Below, piece after piece: positions 34,301 through 46,585 of a stretch of DNA of 64,000 nt (position 1 is the stretch's first letter; every line of letters starts with the position of its first letter). The notes under the pieces were generated by a model that searched no databases, had not been told where the DNA came from, and was given only the letters and a program-made list of their open reading frames with translations. This DNA is from Pecten maximus (lineage: Eukaryota): contig NC_047030.1 of NCBI RefSeq assembly GCF_902652985.1, positions 11,842,001 to 11,906,000 of the forward strand. The letters are read 5' to 3'. A program made the position numbers and the translations under genes.

Positions 34301-36794
34301 TAAGATAAGATTATTAAAGGAACTTCAGTGTTGTGAAATGTACAATATTGGTATCTGCTAACAGGGCATTTTTTGAGGGCTTTTGGGGACGTTAATGAAG
34401 CCCATTTCCTATTTAGATTTTTCATAATTTAACCAAATTCCCAAAATTTGAAGTTTACTCTTGAAAAAATCCCTCCTAATTCACCCATTTTTTTCCCAAA
34501 TGAGAAAAAAGGCACCATCCCAAACCAGTGAAAAAAAGCCTTGTCTAATTTATCCAATATTGTTTCATCAGCTTGGAGACTAGGGTGAAGGGGAACACCC
34601 ATGTGGCTGACCTCTCTATGGGAGCTTAGCTAGGCAACCCTACATGAAGATAGTGTGGCATGGCAACATTCATGTTAGGGATGAAAATTAAGGCTTTTGG
34701 GTCCCTTGAGGTTGATGATCGATATTATTTGAGCTATTTTCAAACTTGTTTGAAGTTCTTAAAGGCCCTTTTAGCTGTTGCTTGCCATATGCAGTTCCAA
34801 GATGTGACTATACATATATGAATTTATAAGTTGCTTTCCACAATAATTCGCAGAATATGTTTAATAGAGTTTTAGAATGTGTGTTGTAGACAGAAATATC
34901 TCAAACCACGGGCAAGATTTCCAAAATTTTGCACAAAGCCTTACAGAGTACTTAGCCTTAAAAATCCTATCCCGGGTCTTGAGATATCACTGTCTGTATC
35001 ACACAGGGGTGAGAGATTCCAACACTTTCCTGTCATTAGATAATGTAATTTTGTAATAATGGGCCTTATATATTACTCCTTCATCAATGGCACTTTAGAC
35101 AAAATTGATGATATTCAATAACGATATGATCAAGTTGTATAAAGTGATGGCATCAATATTTTGTGAGTCATAATGTATTAAGAATTAAGGCATATGTAAA
35201 AAAAGCTAGTCAATTTTTGTGGATATTTGATATACAACTGTACATTATTATTCATTATTCTATGTGTTTAGTGAGCAGTATTGCTGACGAAGAGGAAGGG
35301 AGTCTGGCAGATACTGAAGAAGATTTTGATGTTTCTAAAAATGATTTTATTCCTTTGGATAACAACAGGTAATTTTGTACCCTATTGACTATATGATATA
35401 TACATGTATATACAATATAATAGGGAAAAGATCAATGATCTCACACGGGGGGGGGGGGGGGGGGGGGGGGGGTTGTTGAGATTTTTTACCGGTTGAGATA
35501 TCCCTGTCCACGGAACAGACCCATATTAGGTTAATTCTATTAATCCATCTTTATTTCTTTTAACTTTTTAGGAGGCTCAAAATCCTATTTTGCTAGTTGT
35601 AGTATACTGTGATAGAAGGATACTGTGTTGTTCAAGCGAATTTCTTGGTCTACTTTCAAGGTTACAGTGGATCAGGATCAAATTTGTCAAATATTTTAAA
35701 TTAAAATTATTGTGATTGTGAATGGTATTAGGCCAGTAGTATATTGAGATGAAGGTTGAATGACCTTTAATGGATTTCATAAGGGTCAAATGTGTAAAAC
35801 TCTTTAAGGAAATTCTAATTAAACAAGACTTCTGTAGTCAGATATTGGACCTGTAGCATGCTAAGATGAAGGTTGAATGACCTTTAATGGATTTCATAAG
35901 GGTCAAATGTGTAAAACTCTTTAAGGAAACTTCTTATTAAACAAGACTTCTTTAGTCAGATATTGGACCTGTAGCATGCTTATATGAAGGTTGAATGACC
36001 TTGAACTAATTTCACAGGGGTTACATGTGTAAAATTCTTTTAAAAACTTCTAATTAAACAAGATACATTTGGTATTTCCATGGTCATAATATCGGGGCTG
36101 TATCATACTCTGATGATGGGCTATCAGTTATGTTCAGGGGAATGGCCTTGACCTACTTTCAAGGCTACTGATGCTAAATGAGCTGAAATCTTTCTGAGAT
36201 TAATATACTGTACACACTGTGTATTGCCCGCCCGTTAATTATTGGTAAAGACAGTAGTGTGATAGTACATGTTCACACCCTTGACAACTTGCATTGTTTA
36301 CTTTGTAGATTAAGTGGTATTGAAGTGTCTACAGTACAGATCCACCACCAGAAAGCAATGTCTTCCAAGTGTAGAGCTGAAGATTTCAGGACAGCTCGAC
36401 TCAGCAATGTTCCACGCCATTCAAGTAAGTTGCTGTATTTTAGAAACAGAATAGATTCTGATTCTGGAGAATTTCTCTCGTAAAGATATGAGTGTGAAAT
36501 AATAAAAGGATTAAAAAAAGGTGTTTAACTGTCTGAGGCACTTGGTATAAAATTGATTCTGAATCTAATCGATAATTAAGTCTTCTTATTTGAATGTCAG
36601 ATTTACCCGACTGATTTTTTTAAAAAAAGGTATTGTATTACTACTTGTGAAATGTAAATTGATGTTGTGTAAATAAGTGACTGTTTTCATTGACAATTAA
36701 TTTCATGTTTTTTACAGGTAAAGCCTACTTTGCAACATTGGAAAAGAAGAAAGCATTAAAGAAAGGATTACGAAAAGATTTCATGATTAAATGA
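31337..36794 (+). CDS. NOL7: Nucleolar protein 7-like (U3 snoRNA-associated NOL7), ~263 aa, 6 exons
   Basis: Exons 31337-31457, 33099-33367, 34141-34252, 35272-35368, 36309-36424, 36718-36794; phases match. Acidic N-terminus, DDAPETVSF, K..LKTKRR....YKEQKKRK....KLPED, AEDFRTARL, basic C-terminus. Confidence 0.72.
32315..32570. mobile_element. Degenerate MITE-like inverted repeat
   Basis: GTGTTCATCTATGCCATGCCAGGCTT (~32377-32402) is mirrored by AAGCCTGGCACGACATAGATAAACAC (~32498-32523), and imperfect arms extend outward. Confidence 0.5.
35570..36180 (-). mobile_element. Degraded HINE-like element with ~120-bp internal repeats
   Basis: Repeated GATATTGGACCTGTAGCATGCT..ATGAAGGTTGAATGACCTT is antisense-similar to the 145-bp core of 23438-24654. 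Confidence 0.55.
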
Positions 36795-37513
36795 TTTTAG
36801 AGAAAAGTGATTTATTATGATTATACACTGTATATGTACATTATTTAATGTATAAGTGAATACAGTGAACATTTTGTATCGTCATAACTGATTATTTCAA
36901 GGGAGATAATTAAGTTTTGCCATGTCAGAATATAGACTGTCACTCTTTAAAATAAAGAAGTTTTTTATCACAATAGTTTAGATATCGGTAATGAATTAAT
37001 TAAATTACATGTATTTGTACATGTATTTGTTTTATTCAGCCTTTCTTGCAAAATGACTTTGAAAGATGGTATAAATATGATGTCATCTATTTAGGATGTC
37101 ACAATTTTACAAATGTTTTCATATCTTTATGACATTGGCATTTTACATGACAGATTTGCTGTTTTGTGATAAATGGTTATGCATGAAAATGACTTACAGA
37201 CTAGTTATGATGCATCCAGCCATTAAATTTCATAAAAAAAAATTTGAGTTGTTACAAAGTATAGTAAATAAAACTAGAATGGATACATCCAATAAAACCT
37301 GTCCTAAATGACACCTGTATAATACAAACACCTGTCTAAAGGCAGCATGTTTAGGGTTCCAATGCTAATACATACAATTCATTGTATATTTACCTCTATG
37401 TAAAGACCATCTGCTTTTAAAAGCCACTTTTCTCACAAAAGTGGCTGTTGTTCACAAGTTTCACTGCATTTTAAATTCTTAAAGATTTAAGAATGAAAAA
37501 AGATGTATGTAAT

Positions 37514-40185
37514 TAGTGCTGAACCATGTGGTGACTTGTGTCCCACACCTAGTACTGAACCATGTGGTGACTTGTGTATCACACCTAGTACTGAACCATG
37601 TGGTGACTTGTGTCTCACACCTAGTGCTGGACTATGTGGTGACTTGTGTATCACACCTAGTGCTGGACTATGTGGTGACTTGTGTATCACACCTAGTACT
37701 GAACCATGTGGTGACTTGTGTATCACACCTAGTACTGAACCATGTGGTGACTTGTCTCACACCTAGTACTGAACCATGTGGTGACTTGTGTATCACACCT
37801 AGTACTGGACCATGTGGTGACTTGTGTATCACACCTAGTACTGAACCATGTGGTGACTTGTGTATCACACCTAGTGCTGAACCATGTGGAGACTTGTATC
37901 TCACATCTAGTACTGGACTATGTGGTGACTTGTCTCACACCTAGTACTGGACTATGTGGTGACTTGTGTATCACACCTAGTGCTGAACCATGTGGAGACT
38001 TGTATCTCACATCTAGTACTGGACTATGTGGTGACTTGTGTATCACACCTAGTACTGAACCATGTGGTGACTTGTGTCTCACACCTAGTGCTGAACCATG
38101 TGGTGACTTGTGTATCACACCTAGTACTGGACCATGTGGTGACTTGTCTCACACCTAGTACTGGACTATGTGGTGACTTGTGTATCACACCTAGTACTGG
38201 ACCATGTGGTGACTTGTCTCACATCTAGTACTGGACTATGTGGTGACTTGTGTATCACACCTAGTACTGAACCATGTGGTGACTTATATATCACACCTAG
38301 TACTGAACCATGTGGTGACTTGTGTCTCGCACCTAGTACTGAACCATGTGGTGACTTGTGTCTCGCACCTAGTACTGAACCATGTGGTGACTTGTGTATC
38401 ACACCTAGTGCTGAACCATGTGGCGACTTGTGTATCACACCTAGTACTGGACCATGTGGTGACTTGTGTCTCACACCTAGTACTGAACCATGTGGTGACT
38501 TGTGTATCACACCTAGTACTGAACCATGTGGTGACTTGTGTATCACACCTAGTACTGGACCATGTGGTGACTTGTGTATCACACCTAGTACTGAACCATG
38601 TGGTGACTTGTGTATCACACCTAGTACTGGACCATGTGGTGACTTGTGTATCACACCTAGTACTGAACCATGTGGTGACTTGTGTATCACACCTAGTACT
38701 GAACCATGTGGTGACTTGTGTATCACACCTAGTACTGAACCATGTGGTGACTTGTGTCTCACACCTAGTACTGAACCATGTGGTGACTTGTGTATCACAC
38801 CTAGTACTGGACCATGTGGTGACTTGTGTCTCGCACCTAGTACTGGACCATGTGGTGACTTGTGTATCACACCTAGTACTGAACCATGTGGTGACTTGTG
38901 TCTCACACCTAGTACTGGACTATGTGGTGACTTGTGTATCACACCTAGTACTGGACCATGTGGTGACTTGTGTCTCACACCTAGTACTGGACCATGTGGT
39001 GACTTGTGTCTCACACCTAGTACTGAACCATGTGGTGACTTGTGTATCACACCTAGTACTGAACCATGTGGTGACTTGTGTATCACACCTAGTACTGAAC
39101 CATGTGGTGACTTGTGTATCACACCTAGTACTGAACCATGTGGTGACTTGTGTCTCACACCTAGTACTGAACCATGTGGTGACTTGTGTATCACACCTAG
39201 TACTGAACCATGTGGTGACTTGTGTATCACACCTAGTACTGAACCATGTGGTGACTTGTGTATCACACCTAGTACTGAACCATGTGGTGACTTGTGTATC
39301 ACACCTAGTACTGAACCATGTGGTGACTTGTGTCTCACACCTAGTACTGAACCATGTGGTGACTTGTGTATCACACCTAGTACTGAACCATGTGGTGACT
39401 TGTGTCTCACACCTAGTACTGAACCATGTGGTGACTTGTGTCCCACACCTTGTGCTGAACCGTGTGGTGACTTGTGTCTCACACCTAGTACTGGACCATG
39501 TGGTGACTTGTGTCTCACACCTAGTACTGAACCATGTGGTGACTTGTGTCTCACACCTAGTACTGGACCATGTGGTGACTTGTGTATCACACCTAGTACT
39601 GGACCATGTGGTGACTTGTGTCCCACACCTAGTACTGAACCATGTGGTGACTTGTGTCTCACACCTAGTACTGAACCATGTGGTGACTTGTGTCTCACAC
39701 CTAGTACTGAACCATGTGGTGACTTGTGTATCACTCCTAGTACTGGACCATGTGGTGACTTGTGTCTCACACCTAGTACTGAACCATGTGGTGACTTGTG
39801 TATCACACCTAGTGCTGGACCATGTGGTGACTTGTGTATCACACCTAGTACTGGACTATGTGGTGACTTGTGTCTCACATCTAGTACTGAACCATGTGGT
39901 GACTTGTGTCCCACACCTAGTACTGAACCATGATGTGACTTGTGTCCCACACCTAGTACTGAACCATGTGGTGACTTGTGTCCCACACCTAGTACTGAAC
40001 CATGTGGTGACTTGTGTCTCACACCTAGTACTGAACCATGTGGTGACTTGTGTCTCACACCTAGTACTGGACTATGTGGTGACTTGTGTATCACACCTAG
40101 TACTGAACCATGTGGTGACTTGTGTCTCACACCTAGTACTGAACCATGTGGTGACTTGTGTCTCACACCTAGTGCTGGACTATGT
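37514..40185. repeat. 36-bp minisatellite, ~74 copies, intergenic
   Basis: Unit ACACCTAGTACTGAACCATGTGGTGACTTGTGTATC with few variants; several 34-bp units in the left part. Confidence 0.95.
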
Positions 40186-42119
40186 AGCCACTTTTGGTAA
40201 ATCACCTATCAACACGTTACTGGCCAGGGGAGATTACTGGAGTAAAGGCATTTTAAAAAGTAGCTTAATTACATACAGTGTTCTAATTGCCATGTTTGAA
40301 ACTTTACATAATCAATAAAAAAGATAAGTTTCTGCATTTTGTATGTGTTTTTTTGTACTTTAGTAATCATATTGTGTAGTCAAGGGTAAATTATACTACT
40401 ATACTGTATGTAGATTATACATGTTCTCGCCTGGGTTCATCACAGGCACCTGATTATCAAAAAGCAAATAAATTTGTTTGTTTGCTTGGTTAATCATCCT
40501 TGAAAAATCAGGGTATTTGTTAGATGGGCTTCCTTTTAGCAGCTGGTGGCTACTTCACTGAACAACATACATGAGACCTGCAGTATGATATTTAGAACAA
40601 CTGAGGTTCTGACTATGACAGCACAGGACGGCAACATGATCTTATCTTCCTAAGAATTGTTTATTACCTGAGGTGTGGCATGAACCTTTGTACATGTAAC
40701 TGAGTTATGCTCGACTGAATAACCAAATATAGCCAATGTCTAAGAGATGCTATTTGTTCTGCAGTTTTTCTGAGAATAAAAGGAAAAGATGCATCATTTT
40801 TAGATTTGTTAAATAAATTTGCTTAACCTTTCAATGTCAAAGATCACATTAAACACCTCAAGCACCTTTTGGTCCATGCAGTATGACAATGATAATTGTC
40901 TAATGCCTTGTTAGGATAAAATGTGATCAGGTGTAGTTAAATGAATCACTAGATAAATTTTCCACAGGTCACAAAGTTCGACTAAAATAATATATATTCT
41001 TTGAACAACTTTCACATATCCATAAGGTAGAAGCTGTATAGTTTAATTAGAAGGCCTGGTGGATGAGCAAGGTTCCTCATAGAATGTAGCAAAGGGTACT
41101 TAGTAACCTGATTAAAACCCAGATTTTCATTATTTTTATTATATTTTACTGTGTTTAAATACATTTAGATAAACAAAGATAAAGATATAGGTCAAAGTGA
41201 CCTACTTTTGATGCATGATCACTTATTTGAACCTATGCCCCAAGGTAAAGTTCCAATGAAAAGTACATATGTACTGTAAAACAGGGTCAAAGGTCAAAAT
41301 GAAGACCAGAGTGACTTGAAACATGGCACTGCTTCACAAATGAGAACCCATGTCCCAAGTAAAAAGTTCCAGTCACAAGTAGTGTAAGAGACAGAGCCCA
41401 GGCATACTTTTTCTTTGATGTAGGTCAAAGGCCAAAATGTAGGTCAGAGTGACCTACGTTTGATGCACAACACACCGCCTACCAAAAGCAGACCCCTGTG
41501 ACCTCATCAAGGTGAAGTTCCAGTGATGCATAGTGTGGGAGATATAAAACCCAGACAAGATAACGGAAGGACTGTTGACAAGACACAACACATGTAAAGC
41601 TATAGGGTCCCCCGCCTGACCTACCCAGTTCCTGGTGGTGGACTTATAATTATGTACATGAATATTGATCTCAAATCATAGTCCATACCACTTCTCTTTG
41701 CAGCTACCAATATACAAAAGTAGCTACTGTTGTAGTGGAAAAGCCTTTGACACTTATATATATGTTTTTTTCGCTGCAACATTAGCTATACAACCAATAT
41801 TGCTTTGAATGAATTTTGAAAAAAATGAAAAAATGAATATGTTTAAAAAAAAAAAAAATTATATATACAAAATGTATATATATGTATGACAGCTGATGCA
41901 ACTGTTTTTTTTGGTGTTTTTTGATAATGTTTGTTTCAAACAAATAACCCTGACCCACTTTCAAGGTTTGCAGACAATTCATGTGTCTTTTCTTTCAAGT
42001 GTTGATGTGGATACTGTACTGCTTTTTAAGTTAAGATTTATTCAGTGTTCCACAATATTTTCGAAAAAAAAATCGATTTCTCAACCATATACGATTCCGT
42101 ATATCCGTCTCTAAAACCG

Positions 42120-42230
42120 GCTCTAAAATTCGTAAACACCCGGAAGTAAGTTGGCGCTGTTCTATTTTGAGATTGGGAAATTCCAAGACAGAGGAAGCCT
42201 CGAACAGAAAGAAGATTAGGTTTTGGTATG
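42120..42230 (+). promoter_or_regulatory. Probable promoter and first non-coding exon of the 43027-44373 gene
   Basis: CCGGAAGT at 42140-42147, local CpG enrichment, candidate donor TTG|GTATGT at ~42226 and acceptor TTTTAG at ~42965. Confidence 0.5.
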
Positions 42231-42392
42231 TGTTGTTCGTTATATCACTCTTGTCTGTATGGTTTGATAATTACCGGTTATTTGTATGTTATGTTGAGGG
42301 TATTGATTTGTCAGAACTGCCTACAATGTGATGGGATGTGCTATACAGTCACGTTCAAATATTACTTTTCCCGAACAATGATCACAGCAGGA

Positions 42393-42583
42393 CACAGGTA
42401 CTTGTGGACATGATTATGATATTTCTAATTCAAATGTTTCATTATAGACGAGTAAATTAATTTATAAGGCCGAGGTACGATATTTTTTTCAAATTAAGCA
42501 TGCGACTGTAATACATTAATTTACTCGTCTGTAATGAAACATTTGAATTAGAAATATCATAATCATGTCCACAAGTACCTGTG
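42393..42583. mobile_element. Foldback/MITE-like element with ~68-bp near-perfect inverted arms
   Basis: CACAGGTACTTGTGGACATGATTATGATATTTCTAATTCAAATGTTTCATTATAGACGAGTAAATTAAT is followed after a ~55-bp spacer by its reverse complement with one mismatch. Confidence 0.75.
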
Positions 42584-43026
42584 ACCATGATAACAGGTGA
42601 GGTTGAACTTGAAGTTCATATAATAATATTAACCAACTACTGTAGTACGGATAATCTTGTCGGTCTTCATATTACATTGCGCCAGACAAGGTATATGTAA
42701 TTACAAGATTAACTCCTTGAATAAGAAAATCCAATGCCTATTCTCAGAGAAAAAGGAGATCATAGATCTGTATATAATTATATAGAAATCCTCATTTTAC
42801 ATTACATAAACCTATCACACAATATCATTCAATAGACAGTCACGGTAAAGTCATGTTCAAGTTCATTGGTGATAAAAGGTGCTGGTATCTTGTGTTGTGT
42901 AGCATGCTATTGTGAAATTGCTGCAAAGCGAATTATCATATAACATTGATTGATTTGTGTTTTAGACTTTACCATTCAGCGATATATTTTAAGACAACTG
43001 AAGACCCCAAATAGACTGCAGTAAAA

Positions 43027-44373
43027 ATGGTGCGAGAAACAAAAACCCTCGGTGAAGGTAAGTAGAAACATGGACATTGAAACAAGTCTGTGGTAAGAAG
43101 CTCTGATATACAATTCAATATTCGGAATGCTGACAATCTGTAATTGTGTACAAAACTATAAACTTAAATGTGATAATGTAAATTTTAATGTTAATTTACC
43201 TCCATAGTTCATACTACCAATGTATTTTAATGAAGATAAAAATAGTTGTAGAAATCTAGAGCTTGTAGACCGGCTAGTTGTATATGTAATCTGTTGCACT
43301 ACACTAGAAGTGTTGGCTGTAACGCTGTGTTAGGCACTTCGCCGACTCACCAGTTTAAGGAAAAGGACTATTAAGTATAGAATCTGATCATGATTGACTC
43401 AATGATTTGATGTCTTGTTTCCTGTTACAGGTATCCCTGCCACTGCAGATCCAACAGAATTACCTACTGTCAAAAATATAGCAAACATTGGTAAGTATCC
43501 TCATACAATCACTTACTGTCAAAAATATAGCAAACATTGGTAAGTATCCCAACACACAATAACCTAATGTCACTTATATAGCAAACAGTGGTAATTAATC
43601 CTCCTTCAGAATTACCTACCGCCAAAAGTATCTGTATAAGCCATCGTCTATTGTAAAATATGTACTGTATTGACCATTGACATTTTTTTAAAGTATCAAA
43701 AAGAAAGTTATAATAATGTTGCAAAAAATTGTCATTTTTGTTGTGATTTTACAACAAAAATATTGTGAATTGACACATTATTTCATCAGTGAAGAACGAA
43801 AAATATGTTTTCTTTTTCAGATTCCACAAGACAATTAACAGACTTAGAGATAGCAGCCATTGTAGAAAAGGTGGCTAGGCTCTCACATAGTCATTTGTTT
43901 TTCCATAAAAGTAAGTCAGCTTTTTGTCTAGGATGAGCTACAACTTCTAACAGTAGAAGTAGCAGTTTCCATTAACACAAGTACTAGTGCTTCTTGCATT
44001 CATTGATTCTTAGAAATCAAAACATTTACATTTTATAATAAAACTATTAAAACTTTGCATTTATCCCATTTTAACAAACAATAATATTTTTTAAATTGAT
44101 TTTTAACAAATTTCAGGAGCATGTGACTTTATTCCACAAAGTTTTGATTTACATTCTATTCTTTGTTCAGTGCAAAGTCTCCTAGGCCGTGATGTAGCCC
44201 ACAAAATTGACACGGAAGGAAAGAGAAAAGAAGAGCAGCGATCGAAAACCTTCTACCACATGATGATGACCTACAGGCGACGGAAACAATTCGGATTGTT
44301 GGAGGTGGGGGAGGTGGTGAAGTTGTTACATGAAATGAACATGGAGCAGGTAGCAGAGAGTGTTGAACCTTGA
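43027..44373 (+). CDS. Small uncharacterised protein (127 aa), probable stand-alone death-domain fold
   Basis: Exons 43027-43057, 43431-43490, 43821-43910, 44171-44373. All introns are phase 1 with GTAAGT donors and CAG acceptors; AATAAA at ~44597. The C-terminal 90 aa LTDLEIAAIVEKV...KIDTE...FYHMMMTYRRR...VGEVVKLLHEMNMEQVAESV resemble the six-helix death-domain pattern. Confidence 0.75.
43465..43620 (+). repeat. ~49-bp tandem duplication (2 copies + 1 degenerate) spanning an exon donor
   Basis: TACTGTCAAAAATATAGCAAACATTG|GTAAGTATCC with GT at 43491 and 43540; degenerate TATAGCAAACAGTG|GTAATT at 43591. Confidence 0.88.
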
Positions 44374-44747
44374 CACAGATCCAGGAATGTTCTTTAGTGT
44401 GTAATGAATTTCATAAACTGTATAAAACTCATCAGTGTAAACTGATCTTAGTTCTGGATTGTGTTTACCGATCATCAACCATATGTACCTTTAGATTTGA
44501 ACTGGACATCCAATCATGTTACTATGGCGACAGCTGGTCAGATTATTGTTGGTGGCAAGCAGTTTCTTTTCATGATTTATTAAGAAGTTATACAGCAATA
44601 AAATGTCTTTAAATGTGAAATTGTTTTCCAATTGTATTATGGTAGGTTATATATAGAGTGCACATATCCATAGATTGTTTTAAATATTATAACTCCGTCT
44701 TTAGATCATCAGATAGTGTAATTGTGTGAAGATCTGAGTGTTCAAAT

Positions 44748-44813
44748 CTAGCCCTCGTTTCCTCTGACCCCGACACCATGTCTGGTGTCGGGGCCAGAGG
44801 AAACTCGGGCTAG
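44748..44813. mobile_element. 66-bp palindromic mini-element inserted in a SINE head
   Basis: CTAGCCCTCGTTTCCTCTGACCCCGACACCA-TGTC-TGGTGTCGGGGCCAGAGGAAACTCGGGCTAG, flanked by TTCAAA on both sides. Confidence 0.7.
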
Positions 44814-45934
44814 TTCAAACCCTACCTGGGATGGCATGGGTTTCTTACGAAAGCTGATAATATCCCAGACTATCCAGTTTTATTGTTTTGTCCTTGAATA
44901 AGATACTCTACCACTACTGGAGAGCATGCAGCAGGCCTTAGAGTGGTTGTTAATGAGGTAGCCACCTGTTACTACACAAGGAATCTTTTCCTCATTATGA
45001 CCTAGGCTAATTCAGCAAGCAAATAAAGAACACACATTTAAGCTTTAGTTTCAATACTTGGTCTATACAGTATTAAGGATAGAACAAATCAAAAACTGTA
45101 AAATAATGACTCTTGACCTAATATATTTAGAGTTATTGCCCTTGGTTTTTGTTTGAGTTTGCCGTATATTTTCATTTCCTGACCTTGAGGCACTATAGTA
45201 TGTTCCCATATGTTACGATGGGAGAATGCTGTTCACTTTACAATGCCCTCTTATCTCATGGTTTTTAGCCCCTGATTATCAGAAGTAGGGCTATATGATT
45301 TGCCCTTCGTCTGTGAACTGCCGTCTATCCATCCAAAAACAATCCTTGTTCTAGCTTTTTCTCGAGAAGTACAGGATGGATCTTTCTTAAACTTCATATG
45401 TGGATTCTGCTGGTCTCTAGTTTCTCTAATTTAGAGTCTGATACGTAACCCAACTTGGATATTGCAGTTTGTTATCGCTCTTTCTTGAGAAGACCTGGAA
45501 TGTTTTGCTTAAACTTGATGTGGAGGTTCTTTTTTATCCGTTATTGTGCATCATTAATTTTGAGACTGATCCCATAAAGATCATTCTATAGTATTGCTAA
45601 GATCCATTTAGGATCTCTTGTTTGATCACATACAACAGTAAACAACCTGACAGAAACTCGCTGGATTTAATAGTAGAATCCAATTTTGATGAGACCTATC
45701 ACCAGATTTGTATAAAAGAAAAATAAAGAACAACTTTGGAATTAAGTACATGTATCTTTATTAGGAATGTGTTATGAACTTAAGGGCATCACTTTCCAAA
45801 ATAAGGGCAAGTACAGAAAAATATCAACAAAATAATGGACAGGATGTACTGAGGGATAATAAACATCAACAACAGACATACAAAAAGCCCATTATATTAT
45901 TGTAAATTAGTGATCATGGTACCATATCAGTGAT

Positions 45935-46585
45935 ACATTATTATCTCCCCTTCCTGTGAATTATTAATATTATTACCTCCCCTTACATTATGTTATTTTA
46001 TATTGATATGTCATTATTTCCCTTACTGTATACATGTACTGTATATATACATTAACTTATCATTTCCTTATATTGTTATAATTGGCATATAATTAATCCC
46101 CTTTACCTTTTATTAGTGATATGTAATTATCTCCCTGAACTATATACATGTATTGATATGTTGATATCTCCCCTTCCTGTATATATATATATTATATATT
46201 GACATATTTTTTCCCCCATATTGTATGTTATTATTACCTCCCCTTACTTACATTATCATACATAACCATCTCCCCTTATATATTATTTAAACGTTTTCAT
46301 CTCACCTAACCAGGTACTATTATTAATTTATATTGATATTGTATGTTACCATCCCCCTTACTGTATATGCACATTATGTCTGAATATATAGTGACAAAAT
46401 TATCTCCCCTTACTGCATGTTATTGATATGTTTTTATCTCCCCTTATTATATATTATTTGCACATAAGTATCCCCCTTAATGTATACAATTGACACATAA
46501 TTATCTCCCCTATGTTTACAATTAACACATAATTATCTCCCCTTAATGTATACAATTGACACATAATTATCTCCCCTTGCTGTAT
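45935..46585. repeat. Degenerate array of ATTATCTCCCCTTA motifs with variable AT-rich spacers
   Basis: About 15 imperfect copies at irregular ~25-80-bp spacing. Confidence 0.7.

Noticed and set aside
35446-35472. Long poly-G runs (also ~51187-51205)
   Set aside because: Simple homopolymers of unreliable length in introns; no evidence of function.
38166-40318. 587-692-aa ORFs in three frames (Cys-, His- and Val-rich)
   Set aside because: A 36-bp stop-free unit with frameshifting 34-bp variants; no start context, signal peptide or unique domain.
45935-46585. CRISPR-like repeat/spacer appearance
   Set aside because: The motif is short and degenerate, the spacers are irregular and low-complexity, the context is eukaryotic, and there are no cas genes.
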